A DNA stretch of 64,000 nt from Thermoanaerobaculia bacterium. Lineage in GTDB: Bacteria; Acidobacteriota; Thermoanaerobaculia; UBA5066. The position numbers and the translations under genes were made by a program. The notes beneath the pieces were generated by a model. It made no database searches. It had not been told where the DNA came from and worked only from the letters and a program-made list of their open reading frames with translations. Below, one piece after another: positions 49,801 through 56,229 of the stretch. Each line of letters starts with the position of its first letter. The stretch's first letter is position 1. Where the stretch lies: positions 1,344,001 to 1,408,000 of the forward strand of contig CAVRAY010000001.1 in NCBI GenBank assembly GCA_963719225.1, written 5' to 3'.

Positions 49801-52800
49801 GCGGGCCACTGGGTCGAGGTGCGCGCCTCGTCCGGCGTCCTGAAGGGTACGTGGCGCATCGGGACCACGCCGGGCGCGATCAACGCCAAGACGGTCACGC
49901 TCGTCCCGAACGACGTGGAGACGTTGTCGCTCGCCCCCGGCGATTCCTGGCAGGGTCTCTATCGTTTCGACTCGATGCGTGCCTCAGCCGCCGCCTTGGT
50001 CAGCAGCGGCGACCCGATCGAAGTTGTGGCCGCAGCAGGAACTACGATCACGGGTTCGGGCGACAGCACTGCTCCCTTCCAGGTGCGAGCGCCGCTGCGG
50101 GGCGCGAACCTGACGCTCGAGGCGGCCGTCGCGCTCGGGAAACCCGTCGACGGAGGAAACCTCACGGTGAAGTCCGGAGCGATCGTCACGCCCGCCTTCG
50201 GCATCGGCCTGTCGCGGCCCTTTGGCCTCTCGATCAGCCTCTCCGGAGCTCTCGTGGTCGAGAGCGGAGGCGCAATCGACACGAGCACTTATGGCTATGG
50301 ATCCGTCGAGACATATCCGGGAGCCGTGACGGCGGGATCCGGGGTGGGGGGTGGACATCTGGGCCTCGGAGGGCTTGGTACTCCCGGAGGGACGTTCGGG
50401 AGTGTGACGCGTCCGCAGGAAGCTGGCGGAGGGGGATGGGCGTACTCCGGCGGCGGAATCGTCAGAGTGGTCGCCCCTGCGGGAATTACGATCGACGGTG
50501 CAATTCGGGCGAACGGACAGGACGTCGCTGCCCCCGGCGTTTTCGGGGCGGGGGCGGGTGGCTCCGTATGGTTGACGACGTCCGCGACGCTTGCAGGAGC
50601 GGGTGTAATCGAAGCGAGCGGAGGCAAGCTGGTCGTCGCGGGGGCTGCCGCTGGAGGCGGCGGCGGTGCCGTCGCGCTGGAATACGGGTCGGTCATCGGA
50701 ACGGTCGTCGCCAACTCTCGCGCGACCGGGGGCACGGGAGCGGGTGCAGCGCGCAGCGCTGGAGCGGGGACGATCTGGACGAAGGGGGCCGCGTCGACGT
50801 TTGGCGACCTTCTGATCGACAACGGAGGGACGACAGGTCAGGCGACGGTCCTGCCGTCGCTCGGGAGCGGGATTGTGCAGGCCGGCAGTGCCGGAACGAC
50901 GCTCGTGACGGACCGGGCCGCAGACATCCCGGCGTACTTCGCTGGGCACTGGGTGGAGATCTCGAACTCTTCGAGCGCCTTGAAGGGCACGTGCCGGATC
51001 TCGACGGCACCGGGCGGGATCGTCGCCAGGACCGTCACGCTGACGTCGTGCAGCTCGTCCTTCTCCGTCGATCCTCTCGACAAATGGCAGGGCGTTTACA
51101 TTTTCGATTCGGTCACGACTCCCAACAACGAACTCTTTCAGAGCATCGACCCGTTCCGCCTCGGCGGAAACAGGCCGATCACACTCAACGGCCCCACGGC
51201 CGCAGGAAAATATCTCGAGGTGCCGGGAACCGTCTTGGGCACGGCAGTGACGGTGACCGGAAACGTCTCGGTCCTCTCCATCGCCGCGACGAGTCTCACC
51301 GTGAAGTCAGGAGCAATTCTGACGCACCCGGTCACGACCGCGAGCACGACGAACAGCCTCGCGATCGCCGTGTCGGGAGCGCTCACGCTCGAATCCGGCG
51401 CCTCGATCGACGCGACGGGGCGCGGCTACCCGTTCGGAAAGACGTATCCGGGCGTCGCTCCTACCAACCCGGGCGCGAGCCACGTGGGCCTCGGCGGACA
51501 GAACGTGAACCCGGCCCTCGCCTACGGCAGCGTGTACCGTCCCGCCGAGAACGGCGCGGGAGTGTTGGCCGGCGGCGGCGCGGTGCGCGTGACCGCCGAC
51601 TCGATTTCGTTCGCCGACGCGACGAGCCTCATCCGCGCGAACGGAACGGACGATCCTTCGACCGGCGGCTCCGGCGGCGCGGGCGGCTCCGTCTGGATCA
51701 CGGCGGCATCCGTTTCGGGGAACGGAAAGATCGAAGCCCGCGGCGGCGACAGCCAGTCGTTCACCGGGACCGGCGGCGGCGGCGGGGCGGTCGTCGTGGA
51801 ATACGGGACCGCGGCCGGGACGTGGACATCCGGCGTCCTCGCGCGCGGGGGCGCGGGCAGTGGCGGCTCCGGCGTGAACCGCGATGGAGGGGCGGGCACC
51901 GCACTCCTGAAGAGCGCGTCGTCCACGTTCGGGGATCTGACCGTGGACGACAGCGGCAGGAACGCACCGACCGTGCTGCCGGCCCTCGGGAGCGGCGTTG
52001 CCCACGCGGGAAGCACGGGCGGCACACTCGTACTCGACCGGCTCTCGTGGGTGGCGCCGTTCTTCTCTGGGAACTTCGTGGAAGTCCGGAATTCGTCAGG
52101 CGGCCTGAAGGGGACGTGGCGCGTCGAGTCGATCTTCGTGCCTCAGGCGACCCAGGTCGTCGCGGATCTCGAGATCGACACACAGCCGAACCTCGCCTAC
52201 GACGGTTACTTCTTCAACTCGGGCCTCACGCTCACGCAGCACTTCGGAGGAAGCGCTCAGCCGGGCTTCGGAAACAGCCACTTCTTCGCGGCCCGCTTCT
52301 TCAACGGCCTGTGGCAGTACGACAACAAGACCGCATTCGTCACATTTACTCCCGATCCGTCTGACCGCGTTTTCGCGTCGTTCCACAAGGGCAACGGCAC
52401 GCCGACGATGACGTCGAGCCCCTGCCCCGGCGGCGCTTGTGCGCCCGTGAATGGCGTCCAGACGATCGCGGCGGCCCGCGGCCGCGTCCGAATGGGTACC
52501 TTCCTCAATGGCACGACCGACCTCAACAACATTGCGCTGGTTCTTCTGGACCTGATCCTGGCCTCGGAACCGCAGCGTCTCGTGCTCGAAGCCCCCGCGG
52601 ACGTCCAGCCCGGCGACGGCTGGCAGGGCGTCTACCGGTTCGATTCGCTGAAATCCCCGAACGGCGCGACGCTCGTGAGCGCCGACCTCATCCGGCTCGG
52701 GACCTCCAGCGCGAGCACGATCTCGGGAGCGACGGCCGGAACCCAGTATCTCGACATCGCGGGCGCGTCCATCTCGGGGCCGGCTGGCTTCAACTCGGAC

Positions 52801-55800
52801 ATCGCGATGAGCGGGCGCGTCCTCGCGGCGTCGATCGCCGGCTCGAGTCTCACGATCAAGTCCGGCGCGACGTTGACGCATCCCGCCACCGGGAACACCA
52901 GCGGCGGGCCCAAGAACCTGACGGTAAACGTGAGCGGTGCCCTGACCCTCGAGTCGAACGCCACCATCGATGTCTCGGGCCGCGGCTACTCGGCGGTCGT
53001 CTCCTACCCGAATACCCCGATCCCGGGCGCGGGAAGCGGCGGCAGCCACCTCGGATCCGGAGGGCTGGCGGGGTCGCCCCTTGGCGCCACCTACGGCAGC
53101 ATCGAACACCCGTCGGAGAACGGCAGCGGCGGACGGGACGACGCCGGAAACGCCGGCTACGGTGCCGGCGGAGGCGCCATCCGGATACAGGCGGGCTCCG
53201 TCGTTTTCACGGACGCCACCTCGACCGTTCGCGCGAACGGCAACAGCCTCTGCGGGTCGCCGGCGGGCGGCGCAGCGGGCGCGGGCGGGTCGGTGTGGCT
53301 CACCGCCACCGGCGCGATTTCCGGAGACGGGAAGATCGAGGCGAAGGGCGGGGACTGTGCCATCGCGCGGGGTGGTGGCGGCGGAGCGGTCTCCCTTGAA
53401 TACGCCACGACGTCGGGCACCGTCCTCGCGAACGCTTCGGCCGCCGGGGGCGCGGGCTTCGCGACGGCCGCGACGAACTCTGGCGGAGCAGGCTCGGTCT
53501 TCTTCCGTGGTCCGACCTCCGTCTACGGCGACCTCCTCCTGAACAACGCGGTCCGCACGGGAGAGACAACGGTCCTTCCGACGCTCGGAAGCGGTGTCGC
53601 CCAGCCAGGGAGCGCCGGAGCGGCCCTGATCGTGCTCACCTTTTCGCCGGTCCCCGCGTACGCGGTCGGACGGTGGATCGACGTCTCGACTTCGGCCGGA
53701 GCGCTCAAGGGAACGTGGCGGATCGGCTCCATCACGAACCAGGCGCCGTCGGGTTCCTTCACGAAGCAGACCTTGAACCTCCTCCAGAACCAGTCGGAGA
53801 CGATCGCCGTCGCTCCACTCGACAAGTGGCAGGCCGTTTATCTCCTGGACTCGTTGTCGATCAAGAACGGGGCGAGCCTCGTGAGCGCGGATCCGGTCCG
53901 CACGGCCTCCGTCACACTCGACGGCACCGCCGTTCCCGTCGTCGGAGATGTCGTGGCGGCGTCGGGCAGCGCGGAGGTCAAGGGAGCCGTCACGGCGCGC
54001 CGCATCGACGCGGCGTCGCTCGCGATCCGTGCGGGCGCCACGTTGTCACATCCGGCGATCGGCACGGACCCCACGAAGCCGGAGCGCCTCACGCTCAACG
54101 TCGCCGGCACGCTCACGATCGAGAGCGGCGCGACCATCGACGTCACGGGGAAGGGCTACGTCCTCGCGACGACGTATCCGGGGGCGACCGTCTCGGGGAC
54201 CGGCGCCGGTGGCAGTCACTTCGGCGTCGGCGGAACGGGAACGGGCGCCGGCGGATCCACGTTCGGGAATCCGGAATGGCCGGCGGAAGCGGGCGGCGGT
54301 GCCGGCGGCGGCTTCGGAAGCTCCGGAGGCGGCAGCGTGCGGATCGTCGCCGGGACTCTCGCGTTCGGAGACGCCACGAGCGCGATCCGGGCCAACGGCG
54401 GCATCACGAGCTACCGGACGGGCGCGGGCGGCTCGGTCTGGATCACCGCGGGCGCGCTCTCCGGCGACGGGGTCATCGAGGCGCGGGGCGGCGACACGAC
54501 GGGCGTCGGCGACGGGCGCGGCGGCGGCGGCGCGATCGCCATCGAATATGCTTCGGCGTCCGGGACCGCCCTCTCGAACCTTTCCGCGCGCGGCGGAAAC
54601 GGCTCCAGCAACGGCGGCCCGGGTACGATCCTCGTCAAGGGTCCCGGCTCGTTGTTCGGCGATCTGACGATCGACCGGAAGGGCGTGATCGGGGCGGGGA
54701 CGATCCTTCCCTCTCTCGGGTTCGGCTTTGCACAGGGTGGAACCAACGGCACCACGCTGGTCACGGACCACCTCACCGAGCAGCCGAAGTATTTCGTCGG
54801 ACGCTGGGTGGAGATCCGCGATGCGAGCGGCACGACCCTGAAGGGCACCTGGAGGATCACGGCGGCGTCGTTCGGCGGACCCTTCGAGCAGCAATTCTTC
54901 ACGCTCGCGCCGAACGAAGCCGAGGTGATCGACATCCTGGTCGGCGACCGGTGGCAAGCCGTTTATCGCTTCGACAACCCCCCGACGCTCCTCGGCGGAG
55001 CGACGCTCGCGAGCGTCGATCCGATCCGCATCGGCGGCACGCTGCTGAGGGCCGGGCCCTCCGCCGCGTCGATCCCGGCCGCCCAGACGATCCGCTCGGT
55101 CTCGCTCTGCACGGACATCGGCGAGGCGCTCAAGCCCGGCGGATCCTTCGCCATTTGCGCCGATTCGATCGCGCGCGATCTCACGCTCGAGATCTCGGGC
55201 GCGTTCGAGGCGCGGATCGCCGCATACGGTAACTGCCGCGATCCGATCGCGATTCCGGGCTCGGCGAAGCCGGGGCCGCTGACGATCGTCGCGAGCGCGC
55301 GGGACGCCGAGGGCCGGACGGCTTCGGCCACGGCACACGCGCTCGTCGTCGCGGACGAACGCGCGCCCGTCCTCGTGTCCGTCGAGCCGGCGCCTTCGGC
55401 GGCGCTCCGGTCGGGCGATCCGCTGCGCGTCGCGGTCGAGGCGTGGGACGACGTCGGGATCGCGTCTGTCGCCATCACCCTCGGCGGGAAGCGGGCGATC
55501 CTCACGGCGCCGCCGTACGAGATCTTCGCGCTCGCGCCGCCGGTCGCGTCGAAGGAGTCGCTGCAAGTCGTCGTCGAGGTCTTCGATCCGTCGGGCAATG
55601 TCTCGCGCCGCGAGATCGACCTCGGCGTCCTGCCGTCCGGCGCACCGCTGCCCGCGTTGGCGGCGGCGCCTGGGACGCCGGCGGAGGGCATCTCGCTCGC
55701 GGACGGCAGGCTCGCGGTGGACGGCGGCTGGCCATGGCGCGACGCCGACGGCGAGACGCGAGGCCGCACGCTCGAGCTGCCCGCGATCGGCACGCACACG

Positions 55801-56229
55801 GTTCTCGCGGTCGGCGGCACGGACGGAACGGTCGTCGCGCTCGACGGCCCGGTCGCGCGCGCCGCGGTGCATGGGGGATCGGTGGACGTTTCTCGCAGCG
55901 GCGTTCTCGTGGGGCGCTTCAGAATTCTTTCTGTTTCGGAGGATGGGACGGCCATGGGCCTCGAGGGCGAGGCGTCGGGGAAGATCAGAGAGGGGGATTT
56001 CTTAGAAGGTAATTGGGCTTTCGGAAACATCGATCTTTCGCGCGGCGCGATTTTGCGTGCGGTGGACGCTGTCGAGGCGCGATCCATCCACGTCGACGCC
56101 TCGTCCCTCTTCCTTTCTAAGAATCTTCAAATCCCCTCTCCGGGTCCCGCGCCTCGCGAATGCGTTTCGCGCGGGGCACGCCCCGATCCTCCGGGCACTC
56201 CGCCTACGCCTGCCGGGAGCGCGCCATGA
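37900..56229 (+). CDS. Giant (~6100 aa) secreted multidomain protein: carboxypeptidase-regulatory-like repeats, Big_5/Ig-like domains and Gly-rich repeat array
   Basis: Uninterrupted ORF with strong GC3 coding bias; signal peptide after TTG 37900 (alternative start 37786); G.V.G.V....G.PV..A.V repeats; FSEP..; D..PP Ig linkers; five ~320-aa GGGAVRI/GAGGSVW repeats. Confidence 0.88.
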   Translation: MRTVRTIAVLASLCVLASFDAVAQPGGPFGTAQLQISGARLTIYTDSLTNDADQTLNVGEPGRVRTCYGAGAACGSTTAGAVPGLKVVGELSGPELPQAVTYEIAPGGTFFLPGFQREGDYLLENIRLVEMATDRVLANAEPSLATLHVRQILLASATVTRLTLAELQARGIALTQQNFQAFSFSVGFLFAGQLVNIELPVLFQTDGKILPLDKQKVKLDDLPDSVRHEVRRWEPPQIVPFSLNLPPKDAKDPPDVEPEVLSVPLYGAIVIPGNVSFLNQFFDARLIVANGAPNGSNATLQNVTGALRLPTDGSLRIAATTPPVSVGQKLPLTKANGSGVVGPGEQGTAGWTVEGLVAGTQTLRMEIAADLVRPGHLTLPLVGSVQAAVEVVDARFNLTFNHPDVVREGEAYSLYVTVTNLSRAAQNLVTVELLSQNITGAHQADPTDPFRQTIATLDPGASETLEFRLVSDTTGKCVATTFQSSSPGLSGTIHLRTGVGELGIPLSPASLVLPRFSELLPRALLTADVRLLGLAYSLAVAPAGAAPPGLPHVVKSDVVRRAVDLGEAGQRLYLQERLLESLEVLALDQMGNRDDLADYDTLRRSLAKGAAAATALSDLFRQEQQNRNLAAADFVDHFASTTDYGRPYLAAGLVPNGTQPLPVLEVRQVGASGTSFLARTSDDATRLRTVPYGEVYALADVPGGTTRAPFALVGRLDSATSYRVDLHAPATGASGRLILVVPTDDLAGFRKVDFGFVTMGANEVWEVRAVGAAGDTPLSFGLYFPTSGIPVPGVSAPAITVLQLPPFRVIGAVEDFTLDRYGLGLSYLFNRPPDKAAAETASSYTIRSTFHGQDTSSPPLTFDKVVTKSGGAAFWQPNSERVVDVRYQSPISALNGLVDGIPVIRHEHLLATNAIRDTHGTPLEPQVPAALIEPNHTGGLVDGRVLLGTGEPAAGAIVQLIRYHSVGTEPGGSPLIVPDLVAETTTSSDGAFYFDFIEEPPQNAVLSGFHIRATVPPGSDPTQQPGGSEEVSSTIRLQNRLVHVNIALLGRGTVKGTLVYADNGAPVPNGHVAAASTLFSEVKDVVVASDGSFTISALPVGPITLTGSDASGNRVYQTVALQQPGQTVNVALRIPRTTPPKTGTVIGRVLRQRSGTPLPLPDPSPGAQVAVYSNGAFIGQAVSDASGSFRFEKVPEGQVQVQAADFSISRTRAIGGAVLPADGTVSITLTLSDAAPRVVTGRVLFHESATNTDVPVQGAVAFIVGPGVFAYTDASGTYRIEAVPVQGAFDPPYGVTAIDFTRQLQGIANLPPILDVGDGSPIRAPDIVLRAMTGGVDGVVLDPLGHPIGGISVQIPFGPSTTTRSDGHFSFDDVGVGGVSLVAHAGNGLSPGKVGFFGTGFAAIVFGGHRPFATIRLQGSGVVNIHTRTATSTGVLSPIHYKPTIYRDDTYSIEGKPDPPIETTTDQDGRLQLIVPLGSTAVTAFSGFGSKSVTATLRYPGEVVNLEIVFDSLSTVTGHVVGVDGVTPVPDVDVFLTATGLLPQRQRADGQGGFRYELVPSGSVSVTTEALVGSVDRVGRADGRLTSGQTIDLTVVLRAQGTVKGRVFQLVGSTLVPIPFARYTISESAYPNRRLPGGVATYATDANGAYEVSHLFAGPITVVAADPGQVTRQGRATAEITSDFQVLQMPDIVLATSVGSLSVLVRDPETGSPVPDCQITLSNGDVTVSDAQGQASFDALPLGTYSVYAFHAPTGQGGVVNGLRLLNPGDHVDGTIILDTRGQISGTLWDDPPKSRGVGNGTVQLTGRVNGRLWGTSLTALASTSSDAATLGRFLFDGIPVGSFTLVAAVSDSARRASTSLDLTTTAPVAAVDLVLEQLEDRYVRIFQNLTAAPHLFEIDPSGGVFNVELTQPPGTCNPNCTYDFLLSVPTSPYPNHLFKFPAVYASRPLLVDVREASGEQRRGSISGLASLPGAGSASDPYRVVLGAKGTVNVLVRDGGGNPVSGATVTLTSSAISQFGSATDGSGRVTFNAVPGGNLMVSAKLSSTGFGGIATGVLTYDDETVDFIVNLAPAVSAHGIVYHPLAGDVYTGDPSSLVPEDKAIVQIRDSSNQLQIVQTGPDGKYRFNVLRTGAYAISASNQTGESVAAGAGTLAGPDGNDNALPDLLLDASRPLIVSLTPSPGQAGVSRGALVEIVFSEPLLSAVLPTGAPSSPYFTLRSGATGLIAVGTWNSLLNTQGQQIVRFTPSALYDNSTVYSLTIAGGPGGVRDRAGRPLTDSGDVGSNFTTSDTVGASVVGSVPPITVPVDPAGEIRFDFSEVVSGTASELDGDGVGDAAELFWQQNGSPTWQPIPITMFLTRGGYSLTVQPPSGVTYPNDSLKRRIHISRLRDVSGNPMAGYDQTFRIWDTNAPHVDVAFPPGAPGGDLFGGNNYVLTPALSSLDDPSNGPGGDIDRVDYFLASAGDPISPSPTPVYSGRVSPFAFSFVAAYVGNGVDPRPFPVWVQAVDTSTNKSNVVKLAMQVVPNAPPVVASVGAAALSPVAGTFYAGSAVRATAFGVADPDGSQVTLAVELRRDHPGVPNDPTDLVATPASRLVTRPPTGWLDLVPPDFDTSIPVSMAEGTSLFFRVKATDTLGAAATVESLRFAVAHDPNPPTIDSFVARAAGASSPATRFTIGQKFVVEFRARDAETAVQTVSLALSDVFASPQAATLVAGTTNLYRTGELTVPTGLPPAGTAVTATASATDWGANTGTGTLSFLVSPSPDPYAPAVEWISPWEGSLWPAAYTSVLSAQGAALLLRASVTDKDQDASGDIPGTIVSVEFRGPADAAGTLAAAFTPGILVPGTNAPGAGTYQLQWRVPNGVVDGASLPFEVRATDTGGNVTTQSMRMRASKFRKVYEGAQTAALPGDAILAPGGAASGPVFLLDGATLSVYPQTDSTVRTLTSLFIWAGAQDGTLVVNPSVLTAPEVTSYASSVLFYALELTVTDTMGLGAACRIDMSARGLLGSTPTQSMILPGQTGSQQYAGGSHGGSGTPGSPSGGFARTDLSPAGSVYDAVKDPSLPGGGGGYATGGTGTTPTGGGTGGGVVRLLAPGATMHLGGDVLADGGDGPGGFTGGGGAGGAIRIVAARIEGAGTLSAGGGRGTNGNTAGGGGGGRVSLSFADPPSAALALKLSAAGALNAPPPDANAQQRAGAGTIYVEETDAFGVPKAPGKLIVTNGSGKPAWPTPFSGAQRFGAVEAHGAARLVFDDDLSVGPVDPGALNDRASLALDLEARALLKPDLPQIALTASPDGGDVKTGQQLSASYTLSDPLGLFGWMTAFSPSGSTASTFADEPVTFSSGVLSLQVPASQPPGPITYSLQVSDRAGRSQSVTKSWTVLPDSPPSLALTALTPGPSVLPGTVLTATATASDDVGLTRVVFTLSGAIATSDTRNVNTASTVQVFSYTLPNNLAAGQTVALQVDAFDTFGHKTSASPVTYTIVADTVPPVITSVALSPVKAGDVYTTGDDVTFTVTATDNVALARINLTIGGNTTPFTSSPAVIIFRAPNVTGSTPFTLDVEVFDVAGNRSTASRTISVVPAGGGTFPVVSFTCPTAGAYLPSTYAAFQLVATASDGAGITKIEFFRPGDSTPFSTSTPPSGAPTSYVGTSTAITLPTVPGDTIVTYRARAWNAASHSTDVSVDVHVVPTVDIATAKASDVAVVRTGTVTLDTPKTFAGLVILKGAALTHSATLAVGAEKSLNLTVNGPTYVECGGAINVTGKGYPSGMTYPGAALSGAGGHLGKGGPGDTYGSVARPQEAGSNNGGGIVRISSFSAFVVDGTIAADGANGASGAAGGAGGSVWLTTSGLLAGSGIVQARGSLGSASAGGGGGGAVALEFGSSSGGVVANSRADAPNAGSSATGGAGTVLIKGPASQLGELRIDPRGVFSGPPQTVLPSFGSGTAQPGTSGPTLVTDRSANVPAYFAGHWVEVRASSGVLKGTWRIGTTPGAINAKTVTLVPNDVETLSLAPGDSWQGLYRFDSMRASAAALVSSGDPIEVVAAAGTTITGSGDSTAPFQVRAPLRGANLTLEAAVALGKPVDGGNLTVKSGAIVTPAFGIGLSRPFGLSISLSGALVVESGGAIDTSTYGYGSVETYPGAVTAGSGVGGGHLGLGGLGTPGGTFGSVTRPQEAGGGGWAYSGGGIVRVVAPAGITIDGAIRANGQDVAAPGVFGAGAGGSVWLTTSATLAGAGVIEASGGKLVVAGAAAGGGGGAVALEYGSVIGTVVANSRATGGTGAGAARSAGAGTIWTKGAASTFGDLLIDNGGTTGQATVLPSLGSGIVQAGSAGTTLVTDRAADIPAYFAGHWVEISNSSSALKGTCRISTAPGGIVARTVTLTSCSSSFSVDPLDKWQGVYIFDSVTTPNNELFQSIDPFRLGGNRPITLNGPTAAGKYLEVPGTVLGTAVTVTGNVSVLSIAATSLTVKSGAILTHPVTTASTTNSLAIAVSGALTLESGASIDATGRGYPFGKTYPGVAPTNPGASHVGLGGQNVNPALAYGSVYRPAENGAGVLAGGGAVRVTADSISFADATSLIRANGTDDPSTGGSGGAGGSVWITAASVSGNGKIEARGGDSQSFTGTGGGGGAVVVEYGTAAGTWTSGVLARGGAGSGGSGVNRDGGAGTALLKSASSTFGDLTVDDSGRNAPTVLPALGSGVAHAGSTGGTLVLDRLSWVAPFFSGNFVEVRNSSGGLKGTWRVESIFVPQATQVVADLEIDTQPNLAYDGYFFNSGLTLTQHFGGSAQPGFGNSHFFAARFFNGLWQYDNKTAFVTFTPDPSDRVFASFHKGNGTPTMTSSPCPGGACAPVNGVQTIAAARGRVRMGTFLNGTTDLNNIALVLLDLILASEPQRLVLEAPADVQPGDGWQGVYRFDSLKSPNGATLVSADLIRLGTSSASTISGATAGTQYLDIAGASISGPAGFNSDIAMSGRVLAASIAGSSLTIKSGATLTHPATGNTSGGPKNLTVNVSGALTLESNATIDVSGRGYSAVVSYPNTPIPGAGSGGSHLGSGGLAGSPLGATYGSIEHPSENGSGGRDDAGNAGYGAGGGAIRIQAGSVVFTDATSTVRANGNSLCGSPAGGAAGAGGSVWLTATGAISGDGKIEAKGGDCAIARGGGGGAVSLEYATTSGTVLANASAAGGAGFATAATNSGGAGSVFFRGPTSVYGDLLLNNAVRTGETTVLPTLGSGVAQPGSAGAALIVLTFSPVPAYAVGRWIDVSTSAGALKGTWRIGSITNQAPSGSFTKQTLNLLQNQSETIAVAPLDKWQAVYLLDSLSIKNGASLVSADPVRTASVTLDGTAVPVVGDVVAASGSAEVKGAVTARRIDAASLAIRAGATLSHPAIGTDPTKPERLTLNVAGTLTIESGATIDVTGKGYVLATTYPGATVSGTGAGGSHFGVGGTGTGAGGSTFGNPEWPAEAGGGAGGGFGSSGGGSVRIVAGTLAFGDATSAIRANGGITSYRTGAGGSVWITAGALSGDGVIEARGGDTTGVGDGRGGGGAIAIEYASASGTALSNLSARGGNGSSNGGPGTILVKGPGSLFGDLTIDRKGVIGAGTILPSLGFGFAQGGTNGTTLVTDHLTEQPKYFVGRWVEIRDASGTTLKGTWRITAASFGGPFEQQFFTLAPNEAEVIDILVGDRWQAVYRFDNPPTLLGGATLASVDPIRIGGTLLRAGPSAASIPAAQTIRSVSLCTDIGEALKPGGSFAICADSIARDLTLEISGAFEARIAAYGNCRDPIAIPGSAKPGPLTIVASARDAEGRTASATAHALVVADERAPVLVSVEPAPSAALRSGDPLRVAVEAWDDVGIASVAITLGGKRAILTAPPYEIFALAPPVASKESLQVVVEVFDPSGNVSRREIDLGVLPSGAPLPALAAAPGTPAEGISLADGRLAVDGGWPWRDADGETRGRTLELPAIGTHTVLAVGGTDGTVVALDGPVARAAVHGGSVDVSRSGVLVGRFRILSVSEDGTAMGLEGEASGKIREGDFLEGNWAFGNIDLSRGAILRAVDAVEARSIHVDASSLFLSKNLQIPSPGPAPRECVSRGARPDPPGTPPTPAGSAP
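55988..56140. repeat. Inverted pair of dispersed AT-rich TTC-N3-GAA motif (end of giant gene)
   Basis: GAGAGGGGGATTTCTTAGAAGG (55988-56009) ... CCTTTCTAAGAATCTTCAAATCCCCTCTC (56112-56140). Confidence 0.6.
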
